NCBI RefSeq assembly: GCF_006345805.1
Contig: NC_043007.1
Span: 22,444,001-22,508,000 of the forward strand
DNA length: 64,000 nucleotides
From: Octopus sinensis
Taxonomy: Eukaryota
Direction: 5' to 3'
Shown here: one piece after another, positions 1-11,500 of the stretch
Layout: each line of letters opens with the position of its first letter
How positions within the stretch are numbered: the first letter of the stretch is position 1
Program-made: the position numbers and the translations under genes
The notes under the pieces: generated by a model
What the model saw: the letters and a program-made list of their open reading frames with translations, nothing else
Databases searched by the model: none
What the model was told of the DNA's origin: nothing

Positions 1-110
1 TTTGTCTGGTTCCCAAAGCACCAAGTGCCGAAAATGAACTTTCTTATCTTCCATTTTTAAAGGGTTACAGAATTAATACAGGTTATAGGAACATACTCTT
101 CCTCTTTATT

Positions 111-493
111 CTTTTATTTGTTTCAGTCATTTGACTGTGGCCATGCTGGAGCACTGCCTTTAGTCGAGCAAATCGACCCCGGTACTTATTCTTTGTAATC
201 CTAGTACTTATTCTATTGGTCTCTTTTGCCGAACCACTAAGTTATGGGGATGTAACAAACCAGCATCGATTGTCAAGCGATGTTGAAGGGACAAACACAG
301 ACACACAAATGTATACACACACATACATATACACATATATATATACGACGAGCTACTTTCAGTTTCCGTCTACCAAATCTACTCACAAGGCTTTGGTTGG
401 CCCGAGGCTATAGTAGAAGACATTTGCCCGGGACTGAGCCCAGAACCATGTGGTTGGTAAGCAAGCTACGTACCACACAGTCACTCCTACGCC
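111..493 (-). mobile_element. tRNA-derived SINE, family B (internal CA/TA microsatellite)
   Basis: Minus strand reads GGCGTAGGAGTGACTGTGTGGTACGTAG...GGTTCTGGGCTCAGTCCC, a tRNA-like A/B-box head; many other copies in the window. Confidence 0.8.
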
Positions 494-697
494 ATAAATC
501 TTCTTCCACGTGCTCTAAATGGAGGTGTCGTCAAATCCTATTTTATGGACTCAAGAATAAGTCAAAAGCTAAGCTACTATAAATCGGCAAGAACCTTCTG
601 GACAACCCAATATTTTACTTCCTCTTGTTTCTATTTTCTCTGAAATGTTAGTATTTCTTTCTGAACACCTGTAATATTATTTTGTCCTTGTATTTCT

Positions 698-1485
698 TAT
701 TTCTTTATTGCCTACAAGGGGCTAAACATAGAAGGGACAAACAAGGACGGACAAATGGATAAAGTCGATTACATCGACCCCAGTGCGTAACTGGTACTTA
801 ATTTATCGACCCCGAAAGGATGAAAGGCAAAGTCGACCTCGGCGGAATTTGAACTCAGAACGTAGCGGCAGATGAAATACCTATTTTGTTACTACCCACA
901 AGGGGCTAAATACAGAGGGGACAAACAAGGCCAGACAAAATGGATTAAGTCAATTATATCGACCCCAGTGCATAACTAGTACTTATTTAATCGACCCTGA
1001 AAGGATGAAAGGCAAAGTCGACCTCGGCGGAATTTGAACTCAGAACGTAACGGCAGACAAAATACCTATTTCTTTACTACCCACAAAGGGCTAAACACAG
1101 AGAGGACAAACAAGGCCAGACAAAATGGATTAAGTTGATTATATCGACCCAGTGCATAACTGGTACTTATTTAATCGACCCCGAAAGGATGAAAGGCAAA
1201 GTCGACCTCGGCGGAATTTGAACTCAGAACGTAACGGCAGACAAAATACCTATTTCTTTACTACCCACAAAGGGCTAAACACAGAGAGGACAAACAAGGA
1301 CAGACAAAATGGATTAAGTCAATTATATCGACCCCAGTGCGCAACTGGTACTTATTTAATCGACCCCGAAAGGATGAAAGGCAAAGTCGACCTCAGCGGA
1401 ATTTGAACTCAGAAATAACAGCAGACGAAATACTGATAAGCATTTCACCTGGTGCGCTAACGTTTCTGGCAGCTCACTCGCCTTA
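698..1485 (-). mobile_element. tRNA-derived SINE family A: head plus 4 tandem 184-185-bp units
   Basis: GTCGACCTC anchor at 832, 1017, 1201 and 1386; flanked by the 14-bp direct repeat GTCCTTGTATTTCT (684-697 and 1486-1499). Confidence 0.88.
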
Positions 1486-1666
1486 GTCCTTGTATTTCTG
1501 TTGATGTAGAGGGGGTGGGGCAGTTATTTCCAGACTTCAAACTGCTTAATGATGAGTCATTCACTAATCCTCACAGATCTCACATACTTTATATTTTATA
1601 AACTTCTGTCCGCTATATTGACATGTGTCTTGACATGTCAGAACAGAATCTTTGTGTAAGTGTACA

Positions 1667-1709
<43 letters not shown>

Positions 1710-2280
1710 TATATATACATATACACTCATGCACATGCACATCACACACACAAACGCACATGCACACAAATGCACATGCACACATATGCACATACACACA
1801 CACATATACATACACACGCATGCACATGGACACACATACGCATACATGCACACACACATGCACACAAATCAACTACTAATTAGTATTTTATTCTTTTCCA
1901 AAGCATCAACGTTATTAATTTAAAATAATTAAAATAAATCTAAATGATAATTGGTCATGCTCTTTCTATTGTTTTTACTCCCGACGTTGGTTTCAGTTTG
2001 GTTTTTTTTCTACGATTTTTGTCCCAAACAAGGCATGAGGCCACTGTAGCATAAGGGGCTACAATGCAGGAAAGGAAAAGGGCTTACAAATTCAAAAGAT
2101 GTCAATTGACAGAAAACTTAGAGGAATGAATATCCATAAATCAGAGAAAACCAAGATGGTAAAAGTGAGTTTCAAAGAGCAGCAGTTTGAAGGAAGATGC
2201 TATTAAAATAAAAGAACTTATGAACAATAGGAAGCTTAACAGAGAAACAATGGGCCTGGGAAGAGAAGTGGGTGATGTGT

Positions 2281-2508
2281 TTAACCCTTTCGTTACTGTA
2301 TTTATTTTGAGATGCTCCGTATTTCTTTCAATTACTTTAAATATAACAAAGAATTTAGTAAAATAACTTAGTTATCATTCAGCTAGTGTTAGGAACATAA
2401 ATTGTGACTAAGGTTTGGTGGAAGATTTTAATTCAAAACTTATGGAAACAAGACATTTGTACTCAGAGCCAGAGTTGCTTTCAGCCAGGTTGGTAACGAA
2501 AGAGTTAA
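2281..2508 (+). mobile_element. piggyBac-type MITE, family 1
   Basis: TTAA-CCCTTTCGTTAC ... GTAACGAAAGAG-TTAA; about 225 bp, non-coding. Confidence 0.85.
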
Positions 2509-2731
2509 CCCTCTGGTATTTAAACCAGTTACATCCAGTTAAAATATTATATTCTACATGTGATATGTTCAGACCAGGTAGATCTGGCTTCTCGCATGTA
2601 CCCTACAATGACATTCTGAAAATAAACAATCACATCGTTAAGATTTTAAAACTACAAGATAACGAATGATGAAGTAATGAGAATAAATAAACATTACACT
2701 TGACAGAGTAAACTGAATACGAAAGGGTTAA
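2505..2731 (+). mobile_element. piggyBac-type MITE, family 2, sharing a TTAA with family 1
   Basis: TTAA-CCCT ... AAAGGG-TTAA; similar to 12923-13150 and 58690-58906. Confidence 0.7.
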
Positions 2732-2918
2732 AAGTCCTTATAGAAGGTACTAGACGAGAAAGTTCATCAGAGCAATGATAAAATAAGTACCAGTTGAGTA
2801 CTGGGGTCAATGTAATTGGCTTACCCGAAATTGCAGGTTTTGTGCTAAAATTTAGGCTGTTATTTCTAGCATATAGAGTGACCACATTGAGGTCTCCTCT
2901 TATGTCTTCTGCTGATTC

Positions 2919-3345
2919 TTAACCCTTTTGTTACCATATTTCTGTTGAGATACTTTATGTTTCTTTCAATTAATTTTAAATATTACAAAGAATTTAGTAA
3001 AAGAACTTAGTTATCATTAAGCTTGTGTTAGGAACATAAATTGTGACTAAGGTTTGGTGGAAGATTTTAATTCAGAACTTATGAAAAGATATTTGTACCA
3101 CAGAGCCAGAGCTGGTTTCAGCCAGGTTGATAACAAAAGGGTTAAACACACCTCTACATTTGGGCAGATGCACATTAGAAGCAATTGGAAGGGTGTGGAT
3201 TGAAGGAAATTTAGGCTATTATTTCTAGCATATAGAGAGACCACATTGAGGTCTCCTCTTATGTCTTCTGCTGATTCTTAACCCTTTCGTTACCCTATTT
3301 CTGTTGAGATGCTCTGTGTTTCTTTCAATTAATTTTAAATATAAG
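2919..3345 (+). mobile_element. piggyBac MITE family 1: full copy (2919-3145) and partial copy (3278-3345) inside a local duplication
   Basis: TTAACCCTT termini; the 68-bp left flank is repeated at 2851 and 3210. Confidence 0.8.
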
Positions 3346-3668
3346 AAAGTAATTCATTGGGCAGATGAGTGGTCGTTAGTGTACAGTATTTAGTTGTGTC
3401 CCAAATACCAGTAATACGCTGGGGTCAGTTGAATCAACTGTAATCTTCTCTTACAGATTTCTGGTATTGTGTCTGTGTTTGAAATCGATATCATTCATTA
3501 ATCACTGCAGAATTGCCTCTGTTTCTCTTTCCTGTTCTGAGTTCAAACTGTTGTAACACTCTAAAAATATTCGTATCTATTTGTTCACTTTTGTCCTTCT
3601 ATATTGGACCGGAAATTCAGCTTCTCCTTATATTTACTCTACCAACTTTACCAGGACATTACGTATTA

Positions 3669-3940
3669 ATCTATATATATATATATAGATATATATATAT
3701 ATATAGAGAGAGAGATAGAGATAGATAGATATATATAGATAGATAGATATATATAGAGAGAGAGATAGATATAGAGATAGATAGATATATATAGATAGAT
3801 AGATATAGAGATAGATAGATAGATAGATATAGAGATAGATATATAGATATATATATAGATAGATATATAGATATATATATAGATAGATAGATAAATATGT
3901 ATATATATATATATATATTATATATATATATATATATATA
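3669..3940. repeat. Compound (TA)n/(GATA)n/(GA)n microsatellite
   Basis: Direct inspection. Confidence 0.95.
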
Positions 3941-4105
3941 CTGTTTTCTTTCTTGTACTCCTTAGCCTCTGAATCCATTTTAGTTCAGAATCACCCTGTT
4001 GACACATTACATACTGTTGGCTTTATTGATTTCAGAGAATGGTGTATTGTGTATAGCTTTAGAGCTTTCAACAGCTTACAGATTTGGACTTGACTTCGTT
4101 TTACC

Positions 4106-4138
4106 ATGCAGGAGATAAACGTCAAAGTTGCTGTGAGG
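4106..4138 (+). CDS. KIF27: KIF27-like exon 1 ([11 protein letters not shown])
   Basis: ATG at 4106; donor GTAAGT at 4139; phase 0. Confidence 0.88.
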
Positions 4139-4510
4139 GTAAGTACATTAATAGTTATAATTTAATACCCATAATTGTCAGAAGCTGTCAGTGTAGATGT
4201 ATCTAGAGTAGACATACATGAGTATAATTAGGCACAGGCGTTTCAGGTTCCTACCAACCACCACTTTTTCGAGCACCTTAATGGTTTCCTGCAAGAGAAT
4301 AAGTTCAAAAGTCAAACCAATGCTGAAAGTGTGTTCAAGGAGTTCATCAGTGCCAGAACTCCAGATTTGTATGTTACCGGAAAAACAAACTTGTAAACTC
4401 ATTGGCAAAAATCTGTAATGGTACTTAATTTGATGAATAAAATTTCTGCATTGTTGAAATATATTGTGATGAATTTCATGCTTCAAAACATTACTAATTT
4501 TTTACTCAGC

Positions 4511-4562
<52 letters not shown>

Positions 4563-4644
4563 CATATACATATATACAATATACAATACATTCTAGATAT
4601 ATAATAAAATATAGATATATATATATAGATATATATATATATAC

Positions 4645-4679
<35 letters not shown>

Positions 4680-4722
4680 CATATATTATATATATATACA
4701 TATATATATATATAATATATAC

Positions 4723-4758
<36 letters not shown>

Positions 4759-4872
4759 TACATATATTATATATATACATATATATATAATAGAATACAT
4801 ACTATATATATATATATATATACATATATATATTATATATATAACATATAATATATATATATATATACCATA

Positions 4873-4922
<50 letters not shown>

Positions 4923-5088
4923 ACACATATATATACATATATATATACACATATATATACATATAGTATACACATATATATACATATATATAACACATAT
5001 ATATACATATATATATACACATAATATACATACTATATATATATATACATATACATATATATATACATATATATATAATATATAATAC

Positions 5089-5143
<55 letters not shown>

Positions 5144-8100
5144 ACATATACATATATATATATAAATATTACATATATATATATACATATACATATATAA
5201 CTTAGAAAGGTTTTTGGCCAGTATTGGCCCAGGCCATGTCTAACTTAATAGCACCACCTGGCGAAGTCTTTCAGTTCAGGATTTGGGGCACCAAAGCCCA
5301 TTCGAGCAGAGAGTTATTGTTTGCGGAGACATATCGGGTGTGGGTGGTTTGTCCGGTACTGTTTGAAGGAATTTGTCCAAAGACTTCTTGAATTTTGTGT
5401 GGTCAGTCTTTTTTGACGTGTCTGGTGTAATGTTGAAGAGAGCGGGTCCATTGAGGTGAAATAGTTGTGCCGTATTGTCGTTATGTGATGCGATTTAGAT
5501 TTTTGTTGTGGACGGATGGCACGTGGTCCAAGCCTTGGATGCATTTTGAAGGTGATGCCAACATCATTCGGACAGTGCTGATGGAATATTTTGCACATCA
5601 TACAGAAATGTAGCGTTCACGGCGTCGTTGGAGTGAATACAATTTCAGCTTCTCTAGTCTACCCCAGTAGTCAAGGTCTGACTGCCATCTATCTTTTTTG
5701 TGATTGACTTTGGGGAGCTTCAATTCTCATAATATTTTGTTTGTGTAGGGAGACCACAGTGGACAGCAGTATTCAAGGTGGGGTCGGGCAAAAGTGGAGA
5801 AGAGAAGGATATAGCGTGGGAATCTCTCGACTGGAAGGTTCTGAGAATCCAGGAACACATTCTGCGGGCCATGTCAAATTTGATGCTTATATGTGTAGCC
5901 CAGCTTATGTTGTTGTCCACTGTTACTCCCAGGTCTCTGATGTTGTTGGATGCCATGAGAATTTCTCCAGAAGGAGAGAGTAGGGAGTTTCAGAGCGTCC
6001 TCCCTTCCAAAGTGGATCAGTTCGAATTTGTCTTCATTTAGCAACATGTTATTCTTTCCGCCCATTGGACAACAGCCAGTAGGTCTGAATGAAGTTTATT
6101 CGGTCATCCACGCCATTGATGACTTCTGGAGTTGGAATCATCAGCGAAGGTTCTGATGTTGCTGTGTTTGATGTTGTCAGTAATATCATTTATGTAGATG
6201 ATGAAGAGAAGTGGGCCCAACACAGTGCCTTGTGGGACACCACTGCTGACTTGACTGGGCTGGATTTGACTCCTTCGAACTACAACATGTGGGTTCTGTT
6301 AGAGAGGAAGCACTTGATCCATTGCAGCAGCTTTCCAGTGACACCAATATTGGACAGCTTTCTCAGAAGGATCTTATGATCAACCCTGTCAAAGGCTTGC
6401 TGAAATCAAGGTAGATGACATCAGTGTTGGAACCCTCTCCCAAGGCTCTCAAAATGTCATCAAAATGATGCAGTAGCTGCGTCAGGCAATCTCTCCCATT
6501 ACGGAATCCATGCTGGTTGGGGTTCAGCATATTATGACTCTCAAGGAAGTGAGTGAGTCATACGTGATCTCAGCACCCTCTCAAATACCTTGATGATATG
6601 AGAGGTGAGTGAGATTGGACGGTAATTCACGGCAAGCGATTTGTTTCCTTTTTGTGAAAACTGGGACAACAGACTGGGATAGAAGGTCTTGGTATATATC
6701 CAGCATCCAATGAGTTCCGCCACAGATTGGCTAGAGAGGGGGTGCAAGTTGTTTTGACAACATCTTCAAGACGCAAGCAGGGAACCTATCGGGACCTACT
6801 GCTGATTATGCTTCATTTCCTTTATTGCTGCTAAGACATCAGGAGCGCCAAATGTTTATGTCCGATAAAGTGTATTGGGGAGTAACATCACTGATACAGC
6901 CCAGATCAGTCATATAGGATTGCTGAAAACAGAGCAATATTGTTTCTGCAATATTCTCCCATGGTTTTGGCACTGTCTTGAAGAGTACCATTTTCATCAA
7001 TCAGGGCCAACAGTAGAACCAGTGACTCTGTGTTTTTTTGCAAATGAAAAGAACACTTTGGGATTGAGTTTGATCTTCTCAATGGCCCAGGCATCTTCAG
7101 CTCTTCGCTGACTATTGATGATAGACATCATTTGTTTTGGAGTTTATGTTTTTAATCTCTAGCGACGAGATGGCAGTCAGGTTGGTGGTGTGTTGCTGTT
7201 GACAGTATTTCAGCATGTTGATCTTTTGTTGATTCTTTTAATTTTCCTTATGAGAGATTTTCTATTTCTAGGGATCGACACTTAGATTTGTTTGCAGATC
7301 TTAATGGGGGTGTCTTGCACATATGTTCGTGATGGTGTCTACAAGTGACTGCCAGGACTTTTTGATGTTAGTGGGTGTGTATGTGTGCGTGAAGGACAAT
7401 CGACTTGTGCAAGATCATTATTGATCGCTCCCAGTTTGCATGTGGAAATCCATAGTGTCAAATGGATGAGCAGGAGGGATGACATTGTTTTGCATTTTGG
7501 CCAGTGAAATCTCAGATCAAGAGAACCATGTCATGGTCGGGAGTAGGTTTTCTCCACTGCAATATTGTGGATAGTATCAGTGTGATTGCTGAAGATTAAG
7601 TCTAAGACGTTTTTGTGACATCTCGTTGGTTCGAGTACAGTTGGGACAAGAAGAAGTATCCATGAAGTCAAGAAGCGATTCCACTGCCTCCCTGTCAGGA
7701 GTTGAGAGAGAAAAGAACCTGGCGGCAGACTGTTTGTAGACCAGTCAACCCCGGGAAGGTTGAAATCTCCCATCATTAAAATGTTGTCAGGTTGACACTG
7801 CTGAATGAAACACTTATGCTGTTGAGGCATTCCTCGAAGCATGGTAGGGGCGTTTGGGGTGGTCTGTAGAGCCCAACTACTGTTAAGTTGTTGGTTTGAC
7901 TGAATACAGCGACTGCTTCGCAGTATCCATTCGAAAATATGTTCATGGCTTCTGTTGAGAATGAATCATGGACATAAATGGCAGTCCCACCCTTTCTTCT
8001 GCCAACACGATCAGCACGAATGGTTTTGAAATTTTTAACTTTCACCTCGGCTTCCAAGTGGAGGTCACTAAGAGGGTTCAGTGAGGACGAAGAAAGGGAT

Positions 8101-8460
8101 GTGGTTTGGATGGGCCTCGACCCAGTCCTCCAGGAATCTTATCTTCCATTTTTGTGTATTGGTGGAAGGGCTGATGCCTGGGCATTAAGCAGAAATGTTG
8201 AGGCGAGAGAGGATGGTTTTAATTGTTTTGGTGATTTTATATTTATATATTATATATATATAATATATAGATATATATATAATATATATATATATACATA
8301 TATATATTATATATACATATATATTATATATAGATACATATATATATATATATATAACATATACATTATATATAAATATACCTAATATATATACATACAT
8401 ATATATATATACATATACATATATATATATACATACATATATATTATATATTACATAACA

Positions 8461-8525
<65 letters not shown>

Positions 8526-11500
8526 TATACATATATATATATAATATAATATATATATATACATATATATATATTACATATATATATTATACATATATAT
8601 ATATATATATATACATACATATATATATATATATAACATATATATATATATATACATATATATATACATATATATATATACTATATATAATTATATATAT
8701 ATATATTATATATAGTTAATCCAAACAAGAAAGCACAAAAAAAAAACAACAACGCGAGGAACATGGAACAAATATAGTATTATTGGACGCTCAGGAAAGG
8801 AATGAAGGAGGGTTTAACGTTTCAAGCAGAGCTCTTCGTCGGAAACAAAGGAGAAGGAAAGATCCAGAGAAGGGAAGACAGAGGAAAAAAAAATCGCCAA
8901 CGGTACACACGAGGTCTTATTACCCACAAGGGGCTAAACACAGAGGGGACAAGCAAGGACAAACAAACGAATTAAGTCGATTACATCGACCCCAGTGCGT
9001 AACTGGTACTTAATTTATCGACCCCGAAAGGATGACTGGCAGAGTCGACCTCGGCGGAATTTGAACTCAGAGCGTAACGGCAGACGAAATACAGCTACGC
9101 ATTTTGCCCAGCGTGACAGTTATTCGGTAGCCATGATAAAACTCCGAGTTTTGGTGGTGGTGGTGGTCGTGGCAGTGATGGTGGCGGCAGTGGCAGCGGT
9201 GGTGGTGGTGATGATGATGATATATTCATAATTTAAGCCTTTATTAATGATAGAGAAGGTTACAGCTGTTAGTCCCTGCTTGAGTTGTAAGCCTTCTGGC
9301 TGAAAGTTTGACACTTTGTGTCTTGTTGTGCTGCATTGTTGGCGAACTCATTTAACTATTAAATAGTCCAGTTTATCTAACCATAAATATGTTATCTTAT
9401 GGAGAGGCCCAGGACATTATGCTGGGCAGTGGATGCTCAGTTTAATGGATAAATGTTTTATTAGCTTGTACTGCTCAACTCATATCTTCCCCAAAATAAA
9501 ATCTATATGAGATGCCCTGTTTAGAAGGAGGCATCATTGTCATCATCATCATCATCATCATCATCACAACCACCACCATCACCACTATCATCATCACCAT
9601 TGTTTGACGCTCATCTTCTCATGCTGATGAGGCTTGCATAGGTGGGCACTGTGCTCAGTATGATATGATGTTTCACTATGTATGTCCAGTTTTTGGCACG
9701 AGTTTTTTATATAGCTAGATAACTACTGGTACTCTCTGTCTACCTCTCTCCTCTCCCTCCCCTCTCACCTCTCCCCCTCTACCTCTCCCCCCTCCAAATT
9801 TTGGTGGAAGATTTTTATTCAAAACTTATGAAAACAAGACATTTGTACTACAGAGCCAGAGGCAGTTTCAGCCATTTGAGATGCTCTGAGTTTCTTTCAA
9901 TTAATTTTAAATATAACAAAGAATTTAGTAAAATAACTTAGTTACCATTAAGCTGGTGTTAGGAACATGAATTGTGACTAAGGCTTGGTGGAAGATTTTA
10001 ATTCAAAACTTATGAAAACAAGACATTTGTACTACAGAGCCAGAGGCATTTTTCAGTCGGGTTGGTAACGAAATGGTTAAATGTTGCAAAAATAATTGCA
10101 ACATTTTGTCGTGCATTGATTAGCAAAGTAAAAAACTAGACGATATGATTTTTACTGGTGTATTTTCATCTTTTTATGGTGTTGGGGGGTCATATGTTCT
10201 TGGCAAAAAGTAATCACTGCAAACAGCTACGAATGCACTTGAGATGCTTAATTAATACCTATCTATAAGCCACAAAATCTTCATATGTGTTGCGTGCATG
10301 TGTGTGTATGTGTGTTATACATTTATATATTAGCAATAGTTTCTCATTTGCTTGCTGCTAGGTGATGACTCAGGGTTGCCGTTCAATTAGTCACTCGGTT
10401 GATTATTGCTATGGAAAAATACTTATTGCAATCCGGTGATTGATTTTAATTCTTTCACCTGTAAATTTATGCGGACCGTACGGACTGTCAAAGTAGACTT
10501 CACAGCAAACTATTTTCTGCAGTTATGTATAACTGTGCAGTCTCAGACAAAGATTATGGTGCACCTGGAGAGCCAGTTCAGTAGGTGGGTTGTTATACTT
10601 ACTGTTTTCTTTACTACCCACAAGGGGCTAAACACAGAGAGGACAAACAAGGACAGATAAACGGATTAAGTCGATTATATCGATTCCAGTGTGTAACTGG
10701 TACTTAATTTATCAACCCCGAAAGGATGAAAGGCAAAGTCGACCTCGGTGGAATTTGAACTCAGAACATAAAGACAGACGAAATACCTATTTCTTTACTA
10801 CCCTCAAGGGGCTAAACACAGAGAGGACAAACAAGGACAGATAAATGGATTAAGTCGATTATATCGATCCCAGTGCGTAACTGGTACTTAATTTATCAAC
10901 CCCAAAAGGATGAAAGGCAAAGTCGACCTCGGCGGAATTTGAACTCAGAACGTAATGGCAGACGAAATACCTATTTCTTTACCACCCTCAAGGGGCTAAA
11001 CACAGAGAGGACAAACAAGGACAGATAAACGGATTAAGTCGATTATATCGATCCCAGTGCGTAACTGGTACTTAATTTATCAACCCCAAAAGGATGAAAG
11101 GCAAAGTCGACCTCGGCGGAATTTGAACTCAGAACGTAACGGCAGACGAAATACCTATTTCTTTACTACCCTCAAGGGGCTAAACACAGAGAGGACAAAC
11201 AAGGACAGATAAACGGATTAAGTCGATCATATCAACCCCAGTGCATAACAGGTACTTATTTAATCGACCCCAAAAGGATGAAAGGCAAAGTCGACCTCAG
11301 CGGAATTTGAAATCAGAACGTAACGGCAGACGAAATACCACAAAGCATTTCGCCCGGCGTGCTAACGATTCTGCCAGCTCGCCGCCTTACCTACTTTCTT
11401 CCAGATGCAGATAACCATGGAAATCACAAAAGATGCTTTGTCACTCATAAGTCAAACCACAAATGAGGTCAGCCCAGAGGTCATTATACTTTTAGCAGGG

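Noticed and set aside
4418-5153. Long IY/YI-rich ORFs (also 1564-1923, 8185-8532, 15010-16031, 39868-40215)
   Set aside because: Translations of (TA)n and (CA)n microsatellites that lack stop codons by composition; not genes.
7978-8385. 135-aa + strand ORF
   Set aside because: Antisense of the LINE endonuclease region running into (TA)n.
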